From contig JAXGMI010000003.1 of assembly GCA_040768745.1 (NCBI GenBank), positions 32,001 through 96,000 on the forward strand: a stretch of 64,000 nt of DNA, written 5' to 3'. Below, in pieces: positions 31,339 through 39,559 of the stretch. This stretch comes from Desulfomicrobium sp. Its GTDB lineage: Bacteria > Desulfobacterota > Desulfovibrionia > Desulfovibrionales > Desulfomicrobiaceae. The notes under the pieces are model-generated. The model did not search any database, was not told the DNA's origin, and saw nothing but the letters and a program-made list of their open reading frames with translations. Each line of letters opens with the position of its first letter. The first letter of the stretch is position 1. Made by a program: the position numbers and the translations under genes.

Positions 31339-31525
31339 GTTCACAGTTCCTCAAAATGTTCGTGGATGTCTTGGCCTCATGCATGACCGCGTCGAGCGCC
31401 AGCCACACAGTGATGGCGGTGGATGTGGCAGTTGATTTTGATGAGGTTGCAACGTGTGTCTCAACCGTGTTGCCGAAATTCTTCCACTTCGAGTCTTTAA
31501 AACTTCTTGGTGGATCCACCCGGCT

Positions 31526-32968
31526 TTACGCATTTTCCCGATGCCCCAGGTCTGCAAGCAGCTCGTATGGGCTGCGGATGCCGACGCCGGTGTGCTTCGC
31601 CGTGTGCAGATAAATCTCGGTCGTGGAAATGTCCGCATGTCCCAGGAGGTCCTGCAAATCGCGAATCCCTGTTCCAGTGGCCAATAAATGCGTTGCAAAG
31701 CTGTGGCGCAACACATGGGGCGTGACGCGCTTGTCGAATCCTGCCCGCTCCGCCGCCTGGCGAATCGCTTTCTGAAATGTCGTATCCAGCACATGATGAC
31801 GGCGGATGAGGCCGTTTCTGTGGTCGCGCATCAGACTTCGAGATGGCCAGAACCAAAACCACGTGAACTTTTCGCCCGCTTTTGGCCACTTGCGTTCAAG
31901 GGCCTGGGGCAGTTCCACAGCCGGCAGATTGGCCATGCGGTCCTTGGCGTGCAGAAGGCGCAAGCGCTCGCGGTGAGCTCGCAATGGAACAACAAGCTGG
32001 GGTGGAATCATCGTCAGCCGGCTCTTGTTTCCCTTGCCGAACTGCACCGCAAGTTGAAGCCGCTCCAGATCAACATCCCTCACCCGCAGTCGCAAAAGTT
32101 CGGACAGGCGCAAACCCGAGGCGTACATAAGTTCCGCCATCAGTCGATGCGTTCCATCCATCGAGGCGAAAAGACGGGCACATTCGTCCGAGGACAGCAC
32201 GGTCGGCACCTTCCGACCACGTCGCGCACGGGTAAAATCACCAAAGTCCCCGGGCTCGCGATTGAGGACCTCACGGAAAAAGAAAACCACGGCGTTCAGT
32301 GCCTGGCTCTGGGTGGCTACGGATACTCGCTCCTTGACGGCCAGATCGGACAGCCAGCGGCGAACATCGCCATGACTCAATTCCACGAGAGGTTTATTTC
32401 CGGAAAAGGCCATGAAGCGCCGACACCATGAGCGGTATGTTTTCTCGCTGTTCCAGGCCAGGTTTTTTTCACGAATCCGTCGCACCAGCGTTTGCTCCCA
32501 CTCAGGGCCGCCCAACTCACGCGCCCCGGCAGTTGGCACGTCATTCATGGAGTAGACGCGATAGACGTCATGTACCCGGCTGGCTTTTTGTGGCGAAAGC
32601 CCTTGTGACGTATCTTGGGCCGGAACTGGTTCGATTTTGCGTTCAGCACTGTTTCCGTGACCTTGAAATCCCTTGTTCGACGCGTCACCGCTCGACAAAG
32701 ACACATAGTCTCCTGCCATGCGGTTTCGTCCTTCGCGATAGTACCATCGCAATGCCTCTTGTCGGATAGCGAAGCGCTGAGGCGAAAGATAGGATTGTTT
32801 CCAATCGAGGTGTTCTTTGAAGACTGCGGCGCATGCGGTTTTTCCAGTCTCGCGAAGCCAGTGTCTGAATTTGATGATGGACTCGCGGTAGACCCGCTGC
32901 CGATCTGACGGGACAACTTCCGCCAAAACGTGCTCCCAATCATCAAAAGAGATTACGGTTGCGTCCAT
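31526..32968 (-). CDS. intI: Integron integrase with an N-terminal extension of about 150 aa
   Basis: Tyrosine recombinase residues intact (GLRLSE, GKGNK, HVLRHSFATHLL, LLGH, TEIYLH) plus the integron-specific insertion ALERKWP..WFWFWPS....D......RRHH; divergent from an attC-bounded array. Confidence 0.95.
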   Translation of the reverse strand: MDATVISFDDWEHVLAEVVPSDRQRVYRESIIKFRHWLRETGKTACAAVFKEHLDWKQSYLSPQRFAIRQEALRWYYREGRNRMAGDYVSLSSGDASNKGFQGHGNSAERKIEPVPAQDTSQGLSPQKASRVHDVYRVYSMNDVPTAGARELGGPEWEQTLVRRIREKNLAWNSEKTYRSWCRRFMAFSGNKPLVELSHGDVRRWLSDLAVKERVSVATQSQALNAVVFFFREVLNREPGDFGDFTRARRGRKVPTVLSSDECARLFASMDGTHRLMAELMYASGLRLSELLRLRVRDVDLERLQLAVQFGKGNKSRLTMIPPQLVVPLRAHRERLRLLHAKDRMANLPAVELPQALERKWPKAGEKFTWFWFWPSRSLMRDHRNGLIRRHHVLDTTFQKAIRQAAERAGFDKRVTPHVLRHSFATHLLATGTGIRDLQDLLGHADISTTEIYLHTAKHTGVGIRSPYELLADLGHRENA

Positions 32969-33139
32969 CTCCCCTCCGGGGGCTATTCGGTGATTTCAAG
33001 CACAAGCTTTCACGACCACATAAACATGACTTGAGTCAAAACATAAAGCTGACTTCAACGTCAAGTAGCAGCAGTATACGAGGGATAATATTCTAAAATA
33101 CAAAGACATCGTCGTTGACAAATAATTGACTAAGCGCGT

Positions 33140-33203
33140 AGGGATCGGAGAAAAAATTGAGACTGCCATTTGGGCGAAGTCCGGATAATAACACTGTTCG
33201 TTT
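33140..33203 (+). promoter_or_regulatory. attI region; crossover predicted at G|TT 33196/33197
   Basis: GTTCGTT at 33196-33202 lies just before the first cassette RBS and is near-complementary to the R'' box AGCGAAC of attC1, so it marks the first cassette boundary. The left extent of attI is uncertain. Confidence 0.65.
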
Positions 33204-33769
33204 AAAGATAACGAGGTGATTCATGGCAAATTTATTTTGGAAAAAAGATGGAGTAACCAAAAGTCTTCTATCTACACCCTTCAAGACTGAAGAAGAATTT
33301 GAAAAAGAAATTTTCAACACTCGTGAAATTCTAGAAGACATATTTCTAATTAAGCGTCAAATACGCGGTGGAAACAAAAATGGAATACCAGATATTGTCG
33401 GTATAGATAATGATGGCAATATTTGTATTATAGAAATGAAAAATGTCACGGTTGATGCATCCATAATTCCTCAAGTTCTCCAATACGCCTTTTGGGCAGA
33501 AACTAATCCAGATTCAATAAAATCATTATGGCTTGAGTGTGATAACAAGCCAGACGACATCGCCATTAGCTGGGATAGCTTTCAAGTGAGAATCATTGTT
33601 ATTGCACCATCAATCTTGCGCTCAACATTAGACATTGTTGATAAGATAAACTACCCTGTTGACCTTATAGAAGTAAAAAGGTGGGTTGAAGAAAAAAACT
33701 CATTATATCTTGTTAATAAATTGGAAACTGTGTATCGGTCTACGGTTTTTTGGACACGTTTTTGGTTAA

Positions 33770-34660
33770 TCAAGCCGCAACGTTCACGGCCTCTTTCTGG
33801 ATGGCCCGCACCGCTGCCGGAGTCTTGTAGCCGTGGCGTCCAATGATCCATTCCCGGTTGTACGTCTCCTTGAACTCCAAGAGGGCAAGTCGGAGTTCCT
33901 CGACCGTATCGAACCGCCGGACCCAGAGCAGGTTTTCCTTGAGCGTGCGCACGAACCTCTCGGCGATGCCGTTGCCTTGGGGTTCTCTGACGAAAGCAGG
34001 CGAACTCCGGATGCCCAGGAAGGAAACCTCCTCTTGAAACACACTGGAAACGTACTGGCTACCATTGTCATGTCGCAGGGTCAGGCCCTCTGCCACGGCG
34101 GGTCCAAAGGCTCCAAAGCTGTGGCGCACACCTTGGCGAATCGGCTCCAGGGCTTCAAAGCGCGTCCCGTACTTAGCGGCGTGGATGCCGACACACTCCA
34201 GAGAGCAGTGGTCCACGGCCAGGAAGATCGAAGCGTTGCCTTCCTGCATGGTCATCGTCGTGGTCATGTCCGTGCCCCACATCTCGTCCACCCGGGCAGT
34301 CTTGATCGTCCCGTCATGCGCCTTGGGGCCATGCGGCCTGCCGGGCTTGCGCACTGCGAGCAGGTTGTTCTCTCTCATGATCCGAAGCGTTCGCAGGGGG
34401 GACGTTCTGATGCCCTCAAAACGCAACCTGGCCCACACTTTCCGATAGCCTTCACCAGTAAAAGGGGAGTTCTGGATGCATGCCACGATGTGCCCGAACA
34501 ACTCCCCATCACTGTGGAAGCCAATAGGGCCTCGGCGGCTTGGTGTGCCCTCATTCGCAACCTTGCGTGCATAATGCGTGGACCTGGGGAGATTCCAGAC
34601 CCGGCAAACCAGCACCAGCCCATACGTCTGACCAGTGGAGGGCGAGGTGGACCGGCTCAT
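33770..34660 (-). CDS. IS3-family transposase OrfB (DDE integrase core)
   Basis: GYRKVWARL, WGTDMT (D), HDNGSQY (D), NGIAERFVRTLKE (E), YN..W. Confidence 0.92.
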   Translation of the reverse strand: MSRSTSPSTGQTYGLVLVCRVWNLPRSTHYARKVANEGTPSRRGPIGFHSDGELFGHIVACIQNSPFTGEGYRKVWARLRFEGIRTSPLRTLRIMRENNLLAVRKPGRPHGPKAHDGTIKTARVDEMWGTDMTTTMTMQEGNASIFLAVDHCSLECVGIHAAKYGTRFEALEPIRQGVRHSFGAFGPAVAEGLTLRHDNGSQYVSSVFQEEVSFLGIRSSPAFVREPQGNGIAERFVRTLKENLLWVRRFDTVEELRLALLEFKETYNREWIIGRHGYKTPAAVRAIQKEAVNVAA

Positions 34661-35046
34661 TTCCTCGACCTCCGCAACCCCAAAGGGTCTTTTGCCTCCA
34701 TCATTCGGATCTTCTCGCGGAGCAGTTCTATCTCCATGGTCTGCTCGCCGATTTTCTCATTGAGGCGCTTGTATTCGGCCTCCTCCGCCGGAGAGCGTTT
34801 TTTGAGACTATCCGCGCCACCGGCCAGAAAGGCATCTCTCCATTGTGAGAGCGTGGCAGCCGTCACGCCGAGTTCCCGACTGAGCGTTTCGATGTCTTCA
34901 CCACGCAGAAGCCGGAGGACGGCCTCGGTCTTGTGCTGTGCCCAGAATCGCTTGGGAGTTGCCTTCGTCTCCCCGGTTCCAGTCGGCCTACGGCCTCCCT
35001 CCACCGGGGAGACGGCTGAAATATCCTTGTCGCTTTGTTTGCTCAT
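34657..35046 (-). CDS. IS3-family transposase OrfA (HTH and coiled coil)
   Basis: K.EAVLRLLRGE..E.LSRELGV...TLSQWR HTH; KIGEQTMEIELLREK zipper; ATGA overlap with orfB. Confidence 0.88.
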   Translation of the reverse strand: MSKQSDKDISAVSPVEGGRRPTGTGETKATPKRFWAQHKTEAVLRLLRGEDIETLSRELGVTAATLSQWRDAFLAGGADSLKKRSPAEEAEYKRLNEKIGEQTMEIELLREKIRMMEAKDPLGLRRSRK

Positions 35047-35527
35047 GAATCACCTCATGGGGAGTCTCTCTACTCCCAATTTGGTGTCCAAGAAAACCCT
35101 ATCCCAGAGGAACTGATCCAAAAGTATCTCGCATCAAACCAACATCAGGAATGGAGGAGTATAACGAGGAATTCTATAAAAAAGAGTACAATAAAAATAG
35201 TGCCATTGAATTTATCAAATACGCCAAGGAAGTTGAAAAGTTTGTCGCGAAAAAGGATTGGAATTTAGAAACAAAATTTAACAAACATTATTGTGGCTTC
35301 AAAGCTGGCTTCTTCAATGCTTTCGGCATTCAGTGGATTGGTACTAAAACTTTTGCTCTTTTCTTTAAGCTACCGGAAGATGAGGCCAAGAGCACAAAAA
35401 TACAAATGACGAAATACGAATCTCAATGGAAGCAAGCTGTTTATTATATTGAACCTGGAAAAACGAAAATCAGTGATTATGAACCACTTTTTGATTTGGC
35501 CTATAAGAAATTGACAGGAAATTGAAA

Positions 35528-35588
35528 AGCGAACAAGGCGCTCAAGCCGATCGCCGCTTCGCGGCTCAGGCTTAGCTCTGCGTTATGT
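35528..35588 (+). repeat. attC1 (61 bp)
   Basis: R'' AGCGAAC, L'' GCTCAAGC ... L' GCTTAGC (extra-helical C), R' GTTATGT. Confidence 0.88.
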
Positions 35589-35613
35589 GGTTCGAGCAAT
35601 TTGAGGTACAGAT

Positions 35614-36564
35614 ATGCAATTTGGGAAAATACACAAGCTGAGTCCAAGAGACATATGGCCCAAAGAGGCAAAGGATTTCACACCTTGGCTTGCCGACAAC
35701 ATCGGAGCGCTTGGTGAAGCCCTTGGAATGGAACTTGAGCTGAAGGAAACCGAAGCGGCTGTTGGGGATTTCTCATTGGATCTATTGGCAAAGGACTTGG
35801 GTTCCGGCCACACTGTAATAATTGAGAACCAATTGACTCAAACAGATCACGATCATCTCGGCAAGCTGCTGACGTATGCAGCCGGTTTCGGCGCATCAAC
35901 AGTGGTATGGGTTGCTGAAGTTGTGCGAGATGAACATAGACAGGCTTTGGAGTGGCTAAATCAGCGGACTGACGAAGACACTCAGTTTTTTGGAGTTGTT
36001 GTTGAGGTCTTCAAGATTGACGATTCTAAACCCGCCTACAGCTTTAAACCGGTCGTTTCTCCAAGCGAATGGCAGAAATCAAGAAAAAGGCAAGCTATCG
36101 AAACTGTCTCCGCGAAAGGAGAGATGTACCGTAATTACTTCCAGGCATTGATTGATGAGCTTAGAGAAAAACACCAGTTCACAAATGCGAAGGTTGGGCA
36201 ACCTCAGAATTGGTATTCCTTTTCTTCTGGCATTTCTGGCATCACTTTTGGCGCTGTCTTCGTGCAAGGGGGCAAGGCACGTACTGAGTTTTACATAGAC
36301 TTTGGCGAAGGTGAGAAGAACAAGGCATTGTTTGATTGGCTATACGATAAAAGAGACGAAATTCACTCGAAATTGGGTAAAGAACTCGAGTGGGAACGTC
36401 TTGATGATAAGAGGGCTTCACGCATTGCGGTCTATAGGGACGGTTCAATTCAATCCAGTGAAGCCGAGCTAATGGAAATTAAGGCCTGGCATGTTGAAAA
36501 TCTTATCAATTTCAAGAGGATCTTGACTCCTCTTATAAAGAAAGAGATCAAGGTACATGCGTGA
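35614..36564 (+). CDS. Cassette 2: DUF4268 domain protein with an N-terminal endonuclease-like (D..ENQ) domain
   Basis: R..W..EA.DFTPWL..N, DLLAKD...VIIENQL..TDHDHLGKLLTYAAG; C-terminal LEWERLDDKRASRI. Confidence 0.85.
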   Translation: MQFGKIHKLSPRDIWPKEAKDFTPWLADNIGALGEALGMELELKETEAAVGDFSLDLLAKDLGSGHTVIIENQLTQTDHDHLGKLLTYAAGFGASTVVWVAEVVRDEHRQALEWLNQRTDEDTQFFGVVVEVFKIDDSKPAYSFKPVVSPSEWQKSRKRQAIETVSAKGEMYRNYFQALIDELREKHQFTNAKVGQPQNWYSFSSGISGITFGAVFVQGGKARTEFYIDFGEGEKNKALFDWLYDKRDEIHSKLGKELEWERLDDKRASRIAVYRDGSIQSSEAELMEIKAWHVENLINFKRILTPLIKKEIKVHA

Positions 36565-36566
36565 CC

Positions 36567-36657
36567 GCATAACCCGGCATTCAACCGGACGCGGAACACA
36601 GTTTGTTTTATTTTCCCCGGCGTTTTGTGCGCCGCGCCGGTTAATTTTGTGTTAGGC
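36567..36657 (+). repeat. attC2 (91 bp)
   Basis: R'' GCATAAC, L'' ATTCAACC ... L' GGTTAAT, R' GTTAGGC. Confidence 0.9.
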
Positions 36658-36691
36658 AGACCCTGCGGGCGGCAATCCTAAGGAGTTAATT

Positions 36692-37795
36692 TTGAGATAC
36701 TTCATAGACCTGTTTTCTCCTCAAACATTCTCAAAATTCTTAGCTTCAGATAAAAGCATTTCTGGATATGGGAAGAGACAGGAGGGAATTGCAAGTACTA
36801 TAAAAAAGGGAGACCTGTTTATCTGTTACTTAACCAAGGTTTCCCGATTTTGTGGCATTTTAGAGGTCCAAGATAAGTATCTCATAGACTCTACTCCTAT
36901 CTTCACAGATGAAGACGATCCATACATTGTTAGATTTAAGGTAAAACCAATCGTCCTTTTGGATATAGATAAGTCTATTCCGATATTTGAAGATATTCTT
37001 TGGAAAGAACTACATTTTACTCAGGATAAAATGTGGACATCAATGATTAGGTCGAGCCTACGGGAATTAAATGAACATGATGGAAAGATATTGATAAATG
37101 CCCTTATGAATCAAATCGGAGATAATGCAAAGCAGTATCAATTAACAGAGGTAGATCAGAAAAAGCTTAAGCTCCAGAAGCATACCGTAAAGACTCATGA
37201 AAAAGTAATAACTGTTTCTGTTCCAGAAAATGAAACCGACAATAAGAACTCGGTAACCGAAGATATTGAGGTAAGAGAATCAATTAAGATACAAGCAGAA
37301 TTGGCAAGAATTGGTGATCAAATGGGAATGAAAATATGGATTCCTAGATCTGATCGCCAACGAGTATTATTATATTTAAAGGGTAAATTTGACAGTTTTG
37401 TTGATAGTCTTCCTCTAAACTATGACTCAACCACATTAACTACAATTGAGAATATAGATGTCCTATGGCTTAAAGGAAGATCAATTATAAGAGCTTTTGA
37501 GGTTGAACATACAACATCTATATATTCAGGAATTTTACGAATGGCAGATTTAATGGCTTTGCAGCCAAATCTTGATATTAGGGCTCACATTGTTGCCCCA
37601 GAAGAAAGAAAGGAAAAGGTTTTTCAGGAAATAACTAGACCGGTATTCTCTTTACTAGAAGGTAGACCACTTTCAGAAAGATGCACATTTATTTCATATG
37701 ATTCTGTTCTCGAATTAGCAAAGGAAAAGCGATTGCAATATATGAATGACATGGTTTTGGAAGAGTATCAAGAATATGGATCAGAAGATGCCTAA
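36692..37795 (+). CDS. Cassette 3: EVE/PUA-like domain fused to a PD-(D/E)xK-like nuclease domain
   Basis: N-terminal IKKGDLFICYLTKVSRFCGILEV..P..RFKVKP (EVE-like); C-terminal IDVLW......AFEVEHTTSIYSGILRM.DL. TTG start after AAGGAG; the stop lies inside the attC3 R''. Confidence 0.75.
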   Translation: MRYFIDLFSPQTFSKFLASDKSISGYGKRQEGIASTIKKGDLFICYLTKVSRFCGILEVQDKYLIDSTPIFTDEDDPYIVRFKVKPIVLLDIDKSIPIFEDILWKELHFTQDKMWTSMIRSSLRELNEHDGKILINALMNQIGDNAKQYQLTEVDQKKLKLQKHTVKTHEKVITVSVPENETDNKNSVTEDIEVRESIKIQAELARIGDQMGMKIWIPRSDRQRVLLYLKGKFDSFVDSLPLNYDSTTLTTIENIDVLWLKGRSIIRAFEVEHTTSIYSGILRMADLMALQPNLDIRAHIVAPEERKEKVFQEITRPVFSLLEGRPLSERCTFISYDSVLELAKEKRLQYMNDMVLEEYQEYGSEDA

Positions 37796-37890
37796 CAAAC
37801 GCTTCAACTGGACTCGGTGCCCTGAAGCCTAGACCTACGGACGCTAGCCTGGAAACACAGGTACCTCGCCAGTTAAGCGAAATGTTCGGC
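37790..37890 (+). repeat. attC3 (101 bp)
   Basis: R'' GCCTAAC, CTTCAACTGG ... CCAGTTAAG, R' GTTCGGC. Confidence 0.9.
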
Positions 37891-37906
37891 AAAAAGAAAC
37901 AACGAC

Positions 37907-38602
37907 ATGAACACACCATGGCAATACAATGAAACGGCTCAGGTAGGAACTGACTACTGCAACGAGAGCGAAGTCGCTGCGTATGACGAGCGGATGCAGA
38001 AACTTCGCAATACGGGTGCCGAGGCAACAGACATCGCAAAAGCTCTGAACCTCTCGGCAGACTCAACCGTATGGGAGATCGGTACTGGCACAGGAGAGTG
38101 CGCCATTGCCCTCTGTGATGTGGTCAAACATGTCTACGCCACGGATGTTTCTCCGGCGATGCTTGAGTGCGCCCGGCGAAAAGCGAACCAGCGCGGTATT
38201 ACGAATATCACGTTTGCAAATGGAGGGTTCCTGTCAGGATTCCGTCCTGATCATTCCGTAGATGGGGTCGTCACTCAACTGGCATTGCATCACCTCCCGG
38301 ACTTTTGGAAGTTTAGAGCCATTTCAGCAATCGCAAACAGTCTTCGTCCCAAAGGGCGTCTATATCTTCGCGATGTTGTTTTCTCTTCGGCAACTGTTGA
38401 TTACGATGCCTTCTTCCAAGTTGTAATAGAGGGTGTTAGATCAAGCGCAGGCGACGATGTGGCAGAGCAAACGGTACAGCACATCAAGACCGAGTTTTCG
38501 ACACTGGATTGGATCCTTGAAGGAATGATCGAGCGCAATGGATTGACCATCGTCGAAAGAAGACAGGAAGGATTCCTGTCGGTCTATATCTGTGAAAAAT
38601 GA
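37907..38602 (+). CDS. Cassette 4: class I SAM-dependent methyltransferase
   Basis: VWEIGTGTG, ATDVSPAML, ALHHLPDFWK, LRPKGRLYLRD. Confidence 0.9.
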   Translation: MNTPWQYNETAQVGTDYCNESEVAAYDERMQKLRNTGAEATDIAKALNLSADSTVWEIGTGTGECAIALCDVVKHVYATDVSPAMLECARRKANQRGITNITFANGGFLSGFRPDHSVDGVVTQLALHHLPDFWKFRAISAIANSLRPKGRLYLRDVVFSSATVDYDAFFQVVIEGVRSSAGDDVAEQTVQHIKTEFSTLDWILEGMIERNGLTIVERRQEGFLSVYICEK

Positions 38603-38604
38603 AA

Positions 38605-38665
38605 GCCGAACCATGCCCTCCTGCGTACGTCGCTATCGCGCCGCCGCAGAGAGCTGACGTTAGGT
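38605..38665 (+). repeat. attC4 (61 bp)
   Basis: R'' GCCGAAC, CTCCTGCG ... CGCAGAG, R' GTTAGGT. Confidence 0.85.
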
Positions 38666-38682
38666 GGCAGCAGGAAAGTACA

Positions 38683-39132
38683 ATGAATCTCTTAGAAAAG
38701 CTGTTCCGTTCTAAATCTCCGAAACTTCAAAAGGCATCCGGTGAGTTCAAAACTTCGGGAGAGTTAATTGCCGAAGTAACGGACGGAGCAAATCTAGTAG
38801 AAGGTCAGCAAACTTGGGAAGTTGCCGAAGAAAAGAAGCACGATTTAGAAGCAATGAAAAAGTGCTGTGATGCAGAGCTTAAAACAATGGCAACAGCAGA
38901 CATCGTTGCCGCTCCCTATTACTTTGAACGCGTTGCTATTCTTTCCCGCAAAGATAAAAACTATGCTCAAGAAATTGCGTACTGTGAGAAATATATTCAG
39001 TTAGTAGAGGCCTACTACCGTAAGCACGGCACAACAGGTATTGCTGATGTTCGTAAAGGCCCACGGTTCCAGGCTATTCAAAAGCGACTACCCAAAGCCA
39101 AGGAGCTTTTAGCTCGTGCCAATGCCACCTAA
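38683..39132 (+). CDS. Cassette 5: hypothetical helical protein (149 aa)
   Basis: ATG after CAGGA; fills the space between attC4 and attC5; stop lies in R''; TPR-like segment PYYFERVAILSRKDKNYAQEIAYCEKYI. Confidence 0.8.
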   Translation: MNLLEKLFRSKSPKLQKASGEFKTSGELIAEVTDGANLVEGQQTWEVAEEKKHDLEAMKKCCDAELKTMATADIVAAPYYFERVAILSRKDKNYAQEIAYCEKYIQLVEAYYRKHGTTGIADVRKGPRFQAIQKRLPKAKELLARANAT

Positions 39133-39222
39133 CAATTCAATCAACCTGACCGCCCAAAGCTACGCTTTGGGTTCCCTCCGTTGCTGCGCAACTCCGGCGG
39201 CAGGTTATTTCCAACGTTAGGC
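39127..39222 (+). repeat. attC5 (96 bp, branched central region)
   Basis: R'' ACCTAAC, ATCAACCTG ... CAGGTTAT, internal hairpins CCCAAAGC/GCTTTGGG and GTTGC/GCAAC, R' GTTAGGC. Confidence 0.9.
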
Positions 39223-39241
39223 CCATTTCATGGAGAGGGGA

Positions 39242-39275
39242 TTGACAATCGGCCACCATGTGATTACATTGTAAT
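39242..39275 (+). promoter_or_regulatory. Cassette-internal sigma70 promoter and operator of the TA operon
   Basis: TTGACA (39242-47), 17-nt spacer, TACATT (39265-70); palindrome ATTACA-T-TGTAAT (39263-75) overlaps the -10. Confidence 0.8.
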
Positions 39276-39301
39276 TATTATTAGTGTGGCGGAGGTGGCC
39301 T

Positions 39302-39559
39302 GTGAGAGCAAGCATTGTTCGTATCGGAAATTCGCAAGGAATCCGAATCCCGAAAGTGGTGTTGGAGCAAACACAGCTTGAGGGGGAAGTCGAGTTAGAG
39401 GTGAAGGACAGAGAGATTTTGATTCGAGCGGTTTCCAAGCCTCGTCAGGATTGGGCTCAGAAGTTCAAAGCGATGGCGGAAAAAGGGGACGACAAGCTGT
39501 TGGACAGTTCTTCTATTGACCAAACTTCTTGGGACAAGGAAGAATGGGAATGGAAGTAA
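39302..39559 (+). CDS. mazE: Cassette 6: AbrB/MazE family antitoxin
   Basis: IVRIGNSQGIRIPK swapped-hairpin motif, PRQDWAQKF, acidic W-rich tail; GGAGG RBS with GTG start. Confidence 0.9.
   Translation: MRASIVRIGNSQGIRIPKVVLEQTQLEGEVELEVKDREILIRAVSKPRQDWAQKFKAMAEKGDDKLLDSSSIDQTSWDKEEWEWK

Larger units (their letters stand above)
33731..35110 (-). mobile_element. IS3-family insertion sequence, 1380 bp, 5-bp target duplication AACTG
   Basis: AACTG at 33726-33730 and 35111-35115; imperfect 27-bp IRs sharing GGTTTT(T/C)TTGGACAC-like cores; orfA and orfB inside. Confidence 0.9.
33223..35525 (+). pseudogene. Cassette 1: NucS/RecB-like PD-(D/E)xK nuclease-domain protein (305 aa when restored), interrupted by an IS
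   Basis: IPDIVGID..GNICIIEMK...QVLQYA motif. Removing the IS and one AACTG copy rejoins ...NKLET-D-PKVSRIKPTSG-MEEYNEEF in frame with 35151-35525. Confidence 0.85.

Noticed and set aside
31345..31525. Integration boundary, att site or target duplication left of intI
   Set aside because: I could not find a repeat matching the right end (40430-40600), or any tRNA or transposon end.
33731..33846. C-terminal tail of the 207-aa ORF 33223-33846, and the 124-aa ORF 35151-35525 treated as separate genes
   Set aside because: The tail is read-through into the IS end; both ORFs are halves of one interrupted cassette gene.
38599..38682. Upstream extensions of ORFs 38599-39132 and 39870-40379
   Set aside because: The extensions run through attC4 and attC6; RBS-supported starts are at 38683 and 40005.
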